Part shown: positions 44,725 to 55,213 of the stretch, piece by piece
How positions within the stretch are numbered: the stretch's first letter is position 1
How the letters are laid out: every line of letters begins with the position of its first letter
Source of the DNA: Perkinsus chesapeaki ATCC PRA-425
Lineage: Eukaryota; Protista; Perkinsozoa
Direction: 5' to 3'
DNA: 55,213 nucleotides
Assembly: GCA_013115145.1 (NCBI GenBank)
Contig: JAAPAO010000194.1
Coordinates: 1 to 55,213 of the forward strand
Program-made: the position numbers and the translations under genes
The notes under the pieces: generated by a model
Told to the model about the DNA's origin: nothing
Database searches by the model: none
The model's input: the letters and a program-made list of their open reading frames with translations, nothing else

Positions 44725-45489
44725 TTAGGCAGACTGGGCGGCAGCGGCGATGATCTCAGTGAACTGAGGCTTGAGGGAGGCACCACCGACGAGGAATCCA
44801 TCGACATCAGGGCACTTAATGAGCTCACCGCAGTTACCAGGGTTCACAGAACCACCGTACAAGATACGAGTGTTGGCGGCGACCTCGGGGCTGACCTTGG
44901 ACTTAAGGTAGGCCCTGATGGCGGCGTGGGTCTCCTGAGCCTGCTCAGTAGTGGCGACCTTGCCGGTGCCGATGGCCCAGACAGGCTCGTAGGCGATGAC
45001 GATGTTGTTCCAGTCCTTAACAACAGGGACAATGGCATCCATCTGAGTGGCGCAGACCTCATCAGTCTTGCCGGACTCACGCTCCTCGAGCTGCTCACCA
45101 ATGCAGAAGATGATCTTCAAACCGGCAGCCTCGGCCTTCACGACCTTGGCAGCTTGGTCCTCGTTGGTCTCGTTGAAGATATGACGTCTTTCACTGTGAC
45201 CGAGAATGGTCCAGTTAAGGCCAAGATTCTTGATCATATCAGCGGTGACCTCACCAGTGTAGGCGCCGGGACCGGTCTTGCTGCAGTTCTGAGCGGAGAT
45301 CTGAATGTTAGAACCCTTGAACTGCTCCTGGGCCAAAGGAAGATGGACGAAGGTAGGGGCAATGACAACATCAACGGCATCCTTGTTGTAGGTGGCCTCA
45401 CCAGCTACAAGAGCGGGAGCGAGGGCCTTGATAGACTCAACGCTACCGTTGGACTTCCAGTTACCACCGACGAAAGGCTTGGGAGACAT
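44725..45489 (-). CDS. TPI1: Triosephosphate isomerase, intronless, 254 aa
   Basis: FVGGNWK, ILGHSERR, IAYEPVWAIGTG, LYGGSV, GFLVGGASL. Confidence 0.99.
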   Translation of the reverse strand: MSPKPFVGGNWKSNGSVESIKALAPALVAGEATYNKDAVDVVIAPTFVHLPLAQEQFKGSNIQISAQNCSKTGPGAYTGEVTADMIKNLGLNWTILGHSERRHIFNETNEDQAAKVVKAEAAGLKIIFCIGEQLEERESGKTDEVCATQMDAIVPVVKDWNNIVIAYEPVWAIGTGKVATTEQAQETHAAIRAYLKSKVSPEVAANTRILYGGSVNPGNCGELIKCPDVDGFLVGGASLKPQFTEIIAAAAQSA

Positions 45490-46419
45490 GTTTATAAGGG
45501 TATGGATAGGATAAGCACCACTGAGTGTTCTAACACTACTACAGCCACTAGCGAAGCGATGGCGTAATCGCGCGCGCCCTGGTAATCGATTTCATGGCAC
45601 TAACTCGACACTCGGATGAACTAGGAACCAAATTTAAGTCGTTTTTGTTTCTCCCATTCTCCCCAATCTCCTCCTTCTTCTTCTTGTTCTGTGGTCTCTG
45701 CTTGATGTTGTTGTCTCTCATCACTTGCTATACCAGTGGAGCCATGTTCTGTAAGGTAGCTGGTCATGATACGGACCTTAGTGAAGGATCGTCCACCATC
45801 CATAGTGTCCAATCTGAAGGGATACCAATATAAAGGAAGAGATACAGTTCAATACAAGCGTATATCCCACAGTCCCAAAGGCGATAATACTCGTGGCCAT
45901 AAGAGGCCACGCCACTAGATTGAGCTCTAGTCGTTTAGGCGGCTGTTGTTGTTGTTGTCGTTGTCGTTTACCTCTCCTGAGCATTCTCTGTCTGTTCCCT
46001 ATCCATCCTGTCATTGGTCCTTATCTGTCCCTTAACCAGGGCACTCAACATATGGGTGTTTGGTTTGAACCTGTACACAGAACCAATGGAGATCCTATGA
46101 CGGAATGAAGGCCATCGATGGGGTTCAGCAGCAACCAAAGTATGCCTTCAGACTAGTGATATGCCTTCCATATGGCCAAAAAGGGCCACTAGCGCGGACG
46201 TAGAAATTAGGTCCCCCGTGGTAATTATCACCGACCATGTTTTGCTTCATCATCATAAGACTGATAGTAAATGCCTAATTCCGACATAACAGTTACTTAC
46301 CACTACAGCACTACTACCGCTGTTACATGCTACCTAAGCACAGTGTTCCTTATCTCCGACAACGTCCAGCATTCCTCTGCGCCGGTGGCGGCCCCCCGAT
46401 CGACTTGCCAACCCTAAAC

Positions 46420-46743
46420 CTACTTCCTTTTATGTCTGCCTGGCTTTCGCACTTCCCCAGACCCACTACTACTGCTGCCTCCACTAGAGGATGATGAGGA
46501 GGAGGAGCTACTATCAGTGTCACTAGAGCTGCTACTGCTGCCCTCACTGTCAGAGTCGCTGCTACTATCATCATCACTACTCTCTGAAGCTTTATTTTCC
46601 ACAGTTTTATCGGTCACCGGCGTTGGCCTAGTCTGCAACGGCACCCCTCTTCTCACTGGCCGAGATGGCCCCCCTCCAGCCTGCCGCCGAGCCTCCCACT
46701 TCATAGCCAGACGCTCCAGTGGCGTAGGCTCGGGCCTGGACAT
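46420..46743 (-). CDS. Small Ser/Asp-rich hypothetical protein with a basic C-terminus
   Basis: ATG at 46743, S/D tract, ends RKPGRHKRK; no family recognised. Confidence 0.45.
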   Translation of the reverse strand: MSRPEPTPLERLAMKWEARRQAGGGPSRPVRRGVPLQTRPTPVTDKTVENKASESSDDDSSSDSDSEGSSSSSSDTDSSSSSSSSSSGGSSSSGSGEVRKPGRHKRK

Positions 46744-46900
46744 AATAACAACCTTATGAACCGTCACACAGTAACCAGCTATAGGCTGCTGCTGCCCTCT
46801 CACAAAAACAACACAACAAACAGCAGACCTTCAGACGAGAGTGAAACGAATGATAAGGATGGAGGTCCATCCCAAGTCTCCTAAGATTCTCGTCCGTCTT

Positions 46901-47233
46901 CTACTGTGCACTCTCAGCAGCCTTCCTCCTAGGACAGTCAGGGCAGAGATCGGGCATGCACTCATCGGGGTGGATGCACTCAAACTTGAGAACGGCCCCT
47001 TCAGGGTTGGTGACCATACCGAGCTTATTATCAACACATACTGCATGGCTGCCGGGTAGGAACCACTGCTGGTCAATGCCGTTAGGGCGAGCGACGGTCT
47101 GCTGAGTTCCGTCCTCTAGGGCCACGGTAACGGTCTTAGCGGCAACGCTGGCTATCTGACCACCGCGCACTGTAGCGAAGAATCGCCTGGAGAAGGTACT
47201 GAATGCCGAGGATGATGTGACAGAGGAAAGCAT
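46901..47233 (-). CDS. Small putative mitochondrial protein with a C-terminal four-Cys cluster (110 aa)
   Basis: S/R-rich presequence-like MLSSVTSSSAFSTFSRRFFAT; CIHPDECMPDLCPDCP. Confidence 0.65.
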   Translation of the reverse strand: MLSSVTSSSAFSTFSRRFFATVRGGQIASVAAKTVTVALEDGTQQTVARPNGIDQQWFLPGSHAVCVDNKLGMVTNPEGAVLKFECIHPDECMPDLCPDCPRRKAAESAQ

Positions 47234-47355
47234 CTGGAGTAATGAGGAAACAAAAAAGAACAACTACTACTACTGGCATGTACACCTTGGAGGAGGAGAT
47301 AGCTAAACACCACAAGAACGAAACGTGGAAACATGCACTGAAACATCACCCACTG

Positions 47356-48431
47356 TCACCCTCCTCGACCAGAGGGGATACCATCCATGACTCTAAGGCC
47401 AATGGCCTGGGCATCGGAGACCGCTCTAGGCACACTGCCGACCACTGAGGAGCTCGGCAGACACTTGGACACATCAGTAATTTTGCCCTGCTTTCCAAGG
47501 ACATCTCTGACGGCCTTAAAGCTCATCCAGTAAGGAGGAGCAAATATGCCCATGTTGGCCTCGAAAGGTGGGCATAAGGCATGCAGTGTGAGAATGGAAA
47601 ACTCAGAGGGATATCGGAAACCGAACTGAGCATGTTTCAACAACTCCACAGCAACCACTGTGGGCATGCTCTTATCGGCAACAAGGGCCTGCCGTAACGC
47701 CTCTACACATTGAAGATGAAGCTGATCAAGTAAAGGCAGATGCTTCCGGTTAAGGCACCTAAAATGGGCGGTGGTTCTGTTAAGCTAGTAAGATGCCCAA
47801 ACGCTAAGCCGACTCAACGAAGCTGCTTACCTAACATCATACATCCTTGAGCTTTTCACAACACCCAACACGTGAACCCCTGATACACTAGATGGCCAAG
47901 GACAGTCCATCACCAGCGTGTCGAAATCGGCATGCCAGATGCGCGGCGATCTCGCCTCGGGGAACCTGTACACAGGTGCCGCTGTCCCTTTTTGTGTCGT
48001 CCTTACAGTCGACTTAGTTTCTGTGGTCTATGATGTCGCTGATCTCCGCCCACCTTAGGTGTTGGCTTGGCGACCATCACTGCCTCTAGAATGGGATCAT
48101 GTTGCCCCACCGGTTTGATGTCAGCATCCCCGACAGCCACACCGCACGCAATGCACCGCGAGGAAGGGAGAAGGTTGGGAAGGCCGCAGCTACAAAAGAT
48201 AACGTAACACACAAATCTGGCTGGCACCTACTCTGGACATATCTTCTTGTGAGTGCGATGACCGAAATATCGGGAGGACTCCGAAGCTTCTCTCTGTGAA
48301 GTAGTGTTGGTGGTGTAGAGCCGAGGAGAGGCATTCCACAGACGAGCATGGATGGACTTGCTAGGCTCGGCAATGCAGCGGGACAGACAGGGCCGCAGGT
48401 TACCCAGGCTATTGGATTTGATTATCCGCAT
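47356..48431 (-). CDS. Hypothetical multi-exon protein; structure unresolved
   Basis: Protein-like exons (DQLHLQCVEALRQALVADKSMPTVVAVELLKHAQF; IWHADFDTLVMDCPW) flanked by splice signals. Confidence 0.35.
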
Positions 48432-48655
48432 CGAAATGAAACTGGAAAACGTAAAGTGAGCAGCTGGACTACATCAGCACTAACGAAACAGTAGAGAGGA
48501 TTCTATGATTGAAGTTCATGCGTTGGCATTGTATTCCCATTCACAATGGGTTCAAGGTAGCAATGTACTGTTGTCACGTTAGGCAGCTATCAGCCACCGA
48601 GGCGCACAAGTCTAGCCCCTAGCATATCCAAATGTTGTCCTCTCTTGATCGAAAC

Positions 48656-49981
48656 TCACAATCGTCGACCAGCCGCGGCGTTCGCTGGGAAGTAAGCAAT
48701 GAAGGCCTCGTCTTGTACGGTAATGCTGAGGGCCAGGAGACTGCCTAGCACCCTTCCATGAAGCTTGATGAGACCCTCCAATATCCTCCGCCGAAACACT
48801 GTTACCTGAGCCCTACGCCGTCGACGAGCAGCACGAAGGCCGGTGACGTAGGGATGCCGAGAGCCTTTGGTGACAGAGTCCAGCCAAGGGTAGCTCTGGT
48901 AGAGGTGCTCCAGGGCACCATCAGACCATTGGACATCCATAGCATAGGACAACTGATTGAGAGCCGCTACGTAGGAGAGGATAGGGAACAGGGCGAGACG
49001 CAGGCTGGAGTCGGCTATGGCGAAGCTGAGGGATGTAAGCTTGCAGATCAGGAATGATGCGGTGAGGAGAAGTATAACAGCAAAGACGACTGTTGTTAGC
49101 AATGCTTTCACGGACCATGTCAATATGGCTACCAGCTTAAGCATGTTCACTTCAAGCCTGGATGCCAATACACCTTGCCGCCTATGAAGACGTGTCACTC
49201 CGGCGGCGGGGGCGGGTTCAATGTACCGGGGACCAAGGTGGGTCCAGACAAACCGCCAGAGATCTTGAACAAGCATGTTGCTAGGAGAGAACAGCAACGT
49301 AGAGAAACCCGAGATGTGGAGCATGGTCACCTTGATCCGCAAAAGATTCCTCGAGGTTGCGATTGCGACCAGAAGCTGCGCCCACATAATAACGATAGCC
49401 AAGAGTTCTATGACAACTTGGACCAGTAATATCCTAACATACGAGAAGCATTCTTGTTCGTTGAACATGCTTGGATGGTCGCAGTCAGGTGGAGCAGCAC
49501 CAGCCTTCTTCACCGCCTCATTACGGCCAAATGCCAACACTGTCAAGAGATTGAGACCAGAGATAGAGTCCATGGCTTGATAGAAGGTGAAGGCAATAAA
49601 GCCAGTATTAAGGCAAACTGTGAGCAATCGGAACGCAGCATCTCCGATCCTCCAAAGCTTGTTACGTTCATAGTCAACGAGTAACCTCAGATTGGTGACC
49701 TGTACCCAGGATGGTTGGAAGTTTGTTGTGCATGCGTGCAAGTCTGCCAGACATTTAAGCTTCCTTGACTGCTGCTCTCTGTCACTTCCACCACGATGGT
49801 CATTATCATACACCACATGGGAGCCTGGACTCACACTCCGCCATCCGAGGGAGGGAGAGCTCTGAAGCTTCGGCCGATGCCTCCTACCAATATAGTACCC
49901 GCGGGCTCGAGAGGAGGGAGCTACTGTAGTGTACAGAGGCGTTGGGTGCGATGGTGGCTCTGGTGATGAACGCGGTGTCAT
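48656..49981 (-). CDS. Multipass membrane protein of unknown family, paralog A, intronless, 441 aa
   Basis: Long ORF with several hydrophobic helices; motifs shared with the adjacent paralog. Confidence 0.85.
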   Translation of the reverse strand: MTPRSSPEPPSHPTPLYTTVAPSSRARGYYIGRRHRPKLQSSPSLGWRSVSPGSHVVYDNDHRGGSDREQQSRKLKCLADLHACTTNFQPSWVQVTNLRLLVDYERNKLWRIGDAAFRLLTVCLNTGFIAFTFYQAMDSISGLNLLTVLAFGRNEAVKKAGAAPPDCDHPSMFNEQECFSYVRILLVQVVIELLAIVIMWAQLLVAIATSRNLLRIKVTMLHISGFSTLLFSPSNMLVQDLWRFVWTHLGPRYIEPAPAAGVTRLHRRQGVLASRLEVNMLKLVAILTWSVKALLTTVVFAVILLLTASFLICKLTSLSFAIADSSLRLALFPILSYVAALNQLSYAMDVQWSDGALEHLYQSYPWLDSVTKGSRHPYVTGLRAARRRRRAQVTVFRRRILEGLIKLHGRVLGSLLALSITVQDEAFIAYFPANAAAGRRL

Positions 49982-49999
49982 TTACTCTACCACGGCCCC

Positions 50000-51601
50000 C
50001 TATGTGAGTGAGCACTCTGACACAAGGCTCGAGAGGACCAATGAGACTGTAATGTTACATGTTTCGGTAATGATGATGATACAGTCAAAAAGAGAAAGAG
50101 CTGCTATGCCGTATAGCGCTCCTAGACGACCTGGTACGGTAGTGATACACGCCAGCCTTGATTGAGGCATGATGGGCTACAAAGGCCTCATCTCGGACCT
50201 CTAGGGAAAGGGACAGCAAGAAGCCTCGAATGAAACCAAACCTGCCAACCAGACTCACAGTTAAACATCACAGTGTGCGCCTCACTCCTTCAATAGGGTC
50301 GACACTATCCTGGTCCTAAACAGCAGGATATCCTCACGCTTTGCCTTCTTGCGACCATCTGCTTCCCGAGCCTCCACTCGACCATTCTCTGAATGAGCCA
50401 CCGCAAACAGGAACCTATAGCTCTGGTAGAGCTGTTCGCTTGCTCCTCTGTTCCACTGAGTATCCTTCACATACGCCTGAGCTCGGTCAGTCTCCCTATC
50501 CAAGCCTCGGGGCTCCTACCAGCTGGTTAAGTGCGCCTATGTACGTTACTAGGGGAAGCAGCCTTAGTTTAGAGAAGACATTGTGCTTTATGGCAAAGCT
50601 CAAAGAGGTCAGCTTGCATAGTAAAAAGAAGCAGCTACATGCAACCACTACACCAAATAGTAGCAGCACACCTAGCCTTCCCGTCACAAAGAGGCCCCTC
50701 CGGACTAGAGAACCCTTTCCCAGGCCAGGCCCATAGTCGGCAGCCACACCATCAAGTTTAAGCACCTAAATTAAGTGACCGCTATTCAGCCACCTCTAAT
50801 TTGACGTGTGTCGCTAATCCTTCCCTAGTCCGGGCGCCACTCTTCTTTAGAAATAAATTTATGGCTCCACCGAGCCCCCTCTCTCCCTTATTACCGTAGC
50901 ATCACCTCCTTCACCATTTCTATTCCCAATAGGCATCGCTCGTGAGAAGTATATCATGTAAAAATCATCCATAGAGTTCCATATAGTCTGCAGCAGCCTG
51001 GGGCTCGGCGAAAACATCAACGTGGACACTCCAGAGATGTACACCATAGTTCTGGATGCTTCCAGGACAATACCAGCCCTTCTATAGCTAAACTGACGCT
51101 GGTCACCGCCCCTAGTACAGACACCGCAGAGAAGACTTCCTAATAGGAATAGGAAACGCAAAAGCATGTAGGAGAGGCTGCCGAGTTCGATAACAACCTG
51201 ATTAGTCGATTTTCAAGTTCCAAGCGAGGGTCGGTTACCTGGGCTATGAGAATCCTTAGGTTCTTAAAGCAGCGTCCATTAGCATCCTGTTTGCATTGAT
51301 CCGCCATGCCTTGCTCATCATAGCCGTAACCGTATAACAACAGCTCCATCAAATTAAGCATCTCCACAGCATTATAGACTTCTATAAATGTATACACAAT
51401 AAGCCAAGTATTCAATCCAAATGCTATAACCCTTATAAAGGCCAGAAAGTATCTATTATTCAAGCCCAATTGGGCATGGTCCTGTTCTCCATGCTTGAAT
51501 AGGATGCTGACATTCCTCTTCTGTACTGTAGCACTTTGGAACTTAACACCGCTCCCTGTCTTCCATACTTCAGAAGGGCGCCCAGAGGGCGATGGTTCCA
51601 T
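50000..51601 (-). CDS. Multipass membrane protein, paralog B, four introns
   Basis: Spliced RILIAQ|VVIEL, ISGVSTLMFSPS, FLLCKLTSLSFAI, ALNQL|AYVKDTQW, LLKE|FGFIRGFLLSLSLEVRDEAF align to paralog A. Confidence 0.82.
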
Positions 51602-52421
51602 TCGAGGAGAAACAGCAGCAGCAGCACCGAATGTTTATACGAGATTCTTTGATAAGACTGATGGAATTACTGCACTTGCATGTAAAAACCAAAAAACAGC
51701 GTTACTTGTTGCCGGGTGGAAGGGTAATCTAGCGGTAGGTTTACTTACTTAGCAACCAAACCACCTAGGTTCAAATCTCGGTTTAGTTATATCTAAATTT
51801 TAATAGATGATTTTCGGATTGAGATAAAGGATATAAGAGACATTCAATAAAATCGAATGGGCAAGATTCGACATCATATGCTGTATTGAGCTACATGTAA
51901 AACTAGCGCTTATGTATACACGCCTATGACATCCGAATATAGCATCACTCTCGCTATCACGTTTGGTTGAGCTCTCGAGGAGTTTAGCTGCCGGGGATAT
52001 TGGTTGCATAGCCCTGGAATTCGACGACGTTACTAAGCGGCGGCTGTAAAAATCTGTTTGGCTGAATATTATTGAGGATAAGTGTGTTTAAGAAGCTACA
52101 ATTATTCACCATTTTTCGCAGCCGAAGGTTGCTATTGGATATTGTTCTTGTTGATGACGCTTCAGCAGGAATAGTTTTATATAATGATAGCAGGTAGACG
52201 ACTGCTGCCAGCTACAACAGCAGTTGTGTCACTCGCTACCAAAGTTACTGCAAACAGCATGCGGCCTTTCACGACATGGAGCGATCACACTGTTATAGCA
52301 AGTAAGACTTGTTCGCCATATTCTTGTTACATGGTACACTTCAGAGGCCATCAATAAAAAGTTTCCTAATGAGGATCCTCGGGGTGTGCAGGATAGAAAG
52401 ATACCTCAGTTAGTGCGGAAG

Positions 52422-52700
52422 ATGGACTTAGAAGTATCCGGGAGTAATCCCGAACCTGATCAGCTAGCTACGGTGAAGTCACTGTGGCTTGAGTTGTACG
52501 AAAAACGTCTGCATGATGCTGCATTTGATGAGGCTGCCGACTCCGGTGAGCTGTGTGATGGTGAGCTACATTCCTGGCGAAAAGACCGGATGGACACTGA
52601 AAGAGATCCAAGTAAAATAGTACCAGAGTTGGCTAGTGCTCAGAGTGTCCAACGGGCTCGTAAAGCTGAAAGGGAGATGCTACATCGGTTGAAGAAATAA
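52422..52700 (+). CDS. Short helical orphan ORF, possibly the last exon of a small gene
   Basis: Natural-looking charged helical sequence; no family and no confirmed start. Confidence 0.3.
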   Translation: MDLEVSGSNPEPDQLATVKSLWLELYEKRLHDAAFDEAADSGELCDGELHSWRKDRMDTERDPSKIVPELASAQSVQRARKAEREMLHRLKK

Positions 52701-52822
52701 AGGGTATCAATCTTTACCCATGGCATACCAAGCCGATACAGTTTTTTAAATATGCATCTCCCTCAGACTTGCGTTTTTCAATCTTATACGTCGTTCTGTA
52801 GGTCCATGGCCAACCATCATCA

Positions 52823-55213
52823 ATGCTCTTTGTCTCGCCTGCCTCCTCACTATCGTCGATTGTACTACTGCTTTTCATACTCGTGATTGTACTTCAAGTT
52901 GGTGAGTCTTCCGATGCCTGTCGATGCTCTCTTTCCGACACAGCCGCCCATCACCGTAACTCTTGGATGGTTTTTGCCTTCGGAGTATCCGAGGTTCATT
53001 CGCGCTTCCTAGAATCTGGGTTATCGCTTCATTGCGATGCAGCCTTCTCACGTATGATTGATGCGATGGGAGGATCGGTAGCTAGATGTGATGGTGATCG
53101 GAGTCGGTGCCTGGCCACCATCCTGGAGTTCCATCCATGTCCGGTACACTTTACCTTGGATATCACGACAACTTCAGCGTGTGCCTACTTTGCTACTCAA
53201 GAAAGCGGGGTATCAGCTTTACTGCTTTCTCTCCTCACAACCTTCAGCGCCTCGCTACAGCCGTGCCTTGATACGGGACAATGGCCGGGCTTCACCAGCG
53301 TCGATTGGCTCTTCAATATACCAACAATAATAAGGTCCTTAGGCCAGCTTGATGAGGGCATGGCGTGGAGCTGGTCACCCACCAACCTCACGCTGGCTCA
53401 GTACATAGAGAACCATCCATGCTCGAAGAACACGAGCAACATTCATGACATCGATCGGTGCTGTGCACTTCAGGATGACACGTCGGGTGTTGTGGACTGG
53501 TCTAACGTCCACCGAGGGTTACATCATTCCTTGGCTCATCCACGCTTCCATGAAGTCAGGCTACCGCTGTTCGAAAGCCTTATTGAGCCGGCCAGTGCCA
53601 CCATGCTCGAGTTCGCAACAACCGTGACGTGCCGGTCAGGGCTTCTAGCTCTCCAGCTTCTGGGTCACATCCAGGAGAGGTCTGCGAGTGGCCTACGCAG
53701 CGACAAGACGGATCTGATGGAAGAAGGAATAGAGCTTCTCATTCGTTCCTTCCCTTGGTCAGCTATAGCAGGCTCAACGTATCCTCTGTTTGGCCTGGTC
53801 TCTCGAGGTGTCAAGATCCTCACCGTAGATACCGAGATAGAGTGTTCGTATGATAAGGAAATACATTTCGAGCAACTCTTGCAAGTGGCGACGTCGTTGG
53901 AACCTTTGGAGGAGCTGCTAGCTATTTCTGGTACTTTAGAAAGGCTTGTTCATGAAGACAGCATTGCTGTGCATAGTCAGCAGTACACTATTGACACGTG
54001 CCATCTGCTACTCATGGCATCAGCCCATGCTGCTCTAGCTGCAAAAAGTGCCCTGATGGGCAGCGGTGATGTGCATACCCATATAGATGCATCACGGCGA
54101 CTTCTCTTCAATGCTGCACAAGAAAGAAGCAACATGATTCCGTGGCCGACCAGATGGTCCCTGTTTGAATTACTACACATGACCTGGCCGGGCTACGTGA
54201 AGTCTTACCATCGTTATCACAGCCACAGGGTCATCCACCAAACTCGAGCTACCAGTAGCAGCCCTGCTTGGGTTAGCTCTCTTGAATCACTCATTCAGGA
54301 GGCTGTTGTATCCTCGAGTGACCGGACATTCGGTTCGGTAAGGCCACCAAGCTGGAGGGAGCCTTTGATAAGAGCACTGAACGATGCAGCATCAGCTACC
54401 TCGAAGAGCGACCTCACTGTGGTGCTCCTTGAGACACTTGATGGAGGTGTTCAATGGAGGCACCCCAAGGATACTGTAACGAACTTTACACCCGAAGAAG
54501 GCATGTGCAAGGTCATTGATAGCAATGAGATATTACGACGATGGCAAGAGTTCAGAGAGTCCCCACAGACGAGAACATCTTCTAGATACATCAACGGTAT
54601 TTGTAAACCATGCTTGGGGATTGCCTTGAAATGGCATGCCGACTACATGCGTGTAGATCCGGATAGATGCGGTGGGCACATGGAGAGGCTGTATAGAGAC
54701 TACGATGTGGTGTTAGTCTTGGACTATCACCCCGCTGGCCTACCTTCTCCGATCGCCCCTCCAAACAATCATCAAATCTGGCTATATATGCCAAGTGAGC
54801 CTCATGCCCTTCAAGGAGAGATCTTCCTCCCTCATGGCTATGTTCCAGTAGTCGTGGACGAGTACGGCTTACAGTCAAACAAGCACTTTGGAGCCGTACG
54901 GTTGTGGTATCGCTATCCTGTCGCTGCGTTAAGAGAAGCCTTCGGTCACCCGCTTCCCATCGAAAGTCGTACCAACTGTGTTTTCTTCTTTGGTGCTGCT
55001 GATGACAGGATTGCCATTCAGCTCATGCGTGTCTATAATATCGAGGTAGTCTTCAACGAAAAGGGCAATTCACAGTACGAGTACTACCGACGCTTGAGGG
55101 GCTCCTGTAAGGTTGCCGTCTTGCCTTGGGATGGCAGATCCTCTGCCGGGCAAGTGATCGCTGATGGTGCTTTGATGGGCGTTCCTGTCGTAAGCCCTCG
55201 CCATAAGTTATTT
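52823..55213 (+). CDS. Secretory-pathway GT-B (GT4-like) glycosyltransferase, multi-exon, 3' end outside the window
   Basis: Signal/anchor SIVLLLFILVIVLQVAA; open frame from ~53740 to the window end with DYDVVLVLDY and YYRRLRGSCKVAVLPWDGRSSAGQVIADGALMGVPVV, resembling the GT4 donor-binding motif. Confidence 0.7.
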   Translation, partial: MLFVSPASSLSSIVLLLFILVIVLQVGESSDACRCSLSDTAAHHRNSWMVFAFGVSEVHSRFLESGLSLHCDAAFSRMIDAMGGSVARCDGDRSRCLATILEFHPCPVHFTLDITTTSACAYFATQESGVSALLLSLLTTFSASLQPCLDTGQWPGFTSVDWLFNIPTIIRSLGQLDEGMAWSWSPTNLTLAQYIENHPCSKNTSNIHDIDRCCALQDDTSGVVDWSNVHRGLHHSLAHPRFHEVRLPLFESLIEPASATMLEFATTVTCRSGLLALQLLGHIQERSASGLRSDKTDLMEEGIELLIRSFPWSAIAGSTYPLFGLVSRGVKILTVDTEIECSYDKEIHFEQLLQVATSLEPLEELLAISGTLERLVHEDSIAVHSQQYTIDTCHLLLMASAHAALAAKSALMGSGDVHTHIDASRRLLFNAAQERSNMIPWPTRWSLFELLHMTWPGYVKSYHRYHSHRVIHQTRATSSSPAWVSSLESLIQEAVVSSSDRTFGSVRPPSWREPLIRALNDAASATSKSDLTVVLLETLDGGVQWRHPKDTVTNFTPEEGMCKVIDSNEILRRWQEFRESPQTRTSSRYINGICKPCLGIALKWHADYMRVDPDRCGGHMERLYRDYDVVLVLDYHPAGLPSPIAPPNNHQIWLYMPSEPHALQGEIFLPHGYVPVVVDEYGLQSNKHFGAVRLWYRYPVAALREAFGHPLPIESRTNCVFFFGAADDRIAIQLMRVYNIEVVFNEKGNSQYEYYRRLRGSCKVAVLPWDGRSSAGQVIADGALMGVPVVSPRHKLF

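Noticed and set aside
35565-45489. Desaturases, transporter, Cld-family gene and TPI as a metabolic gene cluster
   Set aside because: No shared pathway; co-orientation is explained by the general strand-block organisation.
44926-45567. 213-aa plus ORF
   Set aside because: Antisense shadow of TPI.
45621-46290. Possible small spliced minus-strand gene (FKPNTHMLSALVKG...)
   Set aside because: Protein-like fragments exist but I could not build a consistent splice model.

Overview
Gene-dense eukaryotic nuclear DNA with many short (~30-55 nt) GT-AG introns; no rRNA, tRNA, CRISPR array or recognisable mobile element. Intron size, compactness and protein style best fit a perkinsid alveolate (Perkinsus-like); this is an inference. 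Because genes are spliced, most six-frame ORFs are exon fragments or antisense shadows, so I rebuilt exon chains by hand and many gene boundaries are approximate. In order: FG-nucleoporin (Nup214/Nup159-like, 5' partial), GT25 glycosyltransferase, PSI-TM-RING-H2 ligase, HDAC8/Hos1-like deacetylase, POLD2, a secreted two-repeat orphan, 2TM-RING-H2, a secreted BPI/TULIP-like protein, C69 peptidase, two genes sharing an unnamed winged-helix-like domain, ALG3, then a ~23 kb run of minus-strand genes (SIL1-N-motif mini-protein, TXNDC15-like, Sfi1-repeat+PH protein, TM-IQ-ankyrin protein, two FAD2-like desaturases, SLC35B1-like transporter, chlorite dismutase/coproheme decarboxylase-family protein, repeat zinc-finger protein, TPI, small orphans, two paralogous multipass membrane proteins), and a 3'-partial GT-B glycosyltransferase. 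The strongest candidate for new biology is the intron-containing, membrane-anchored, bacterial-type chlorite-dismutase-family gene at 40563-41656.
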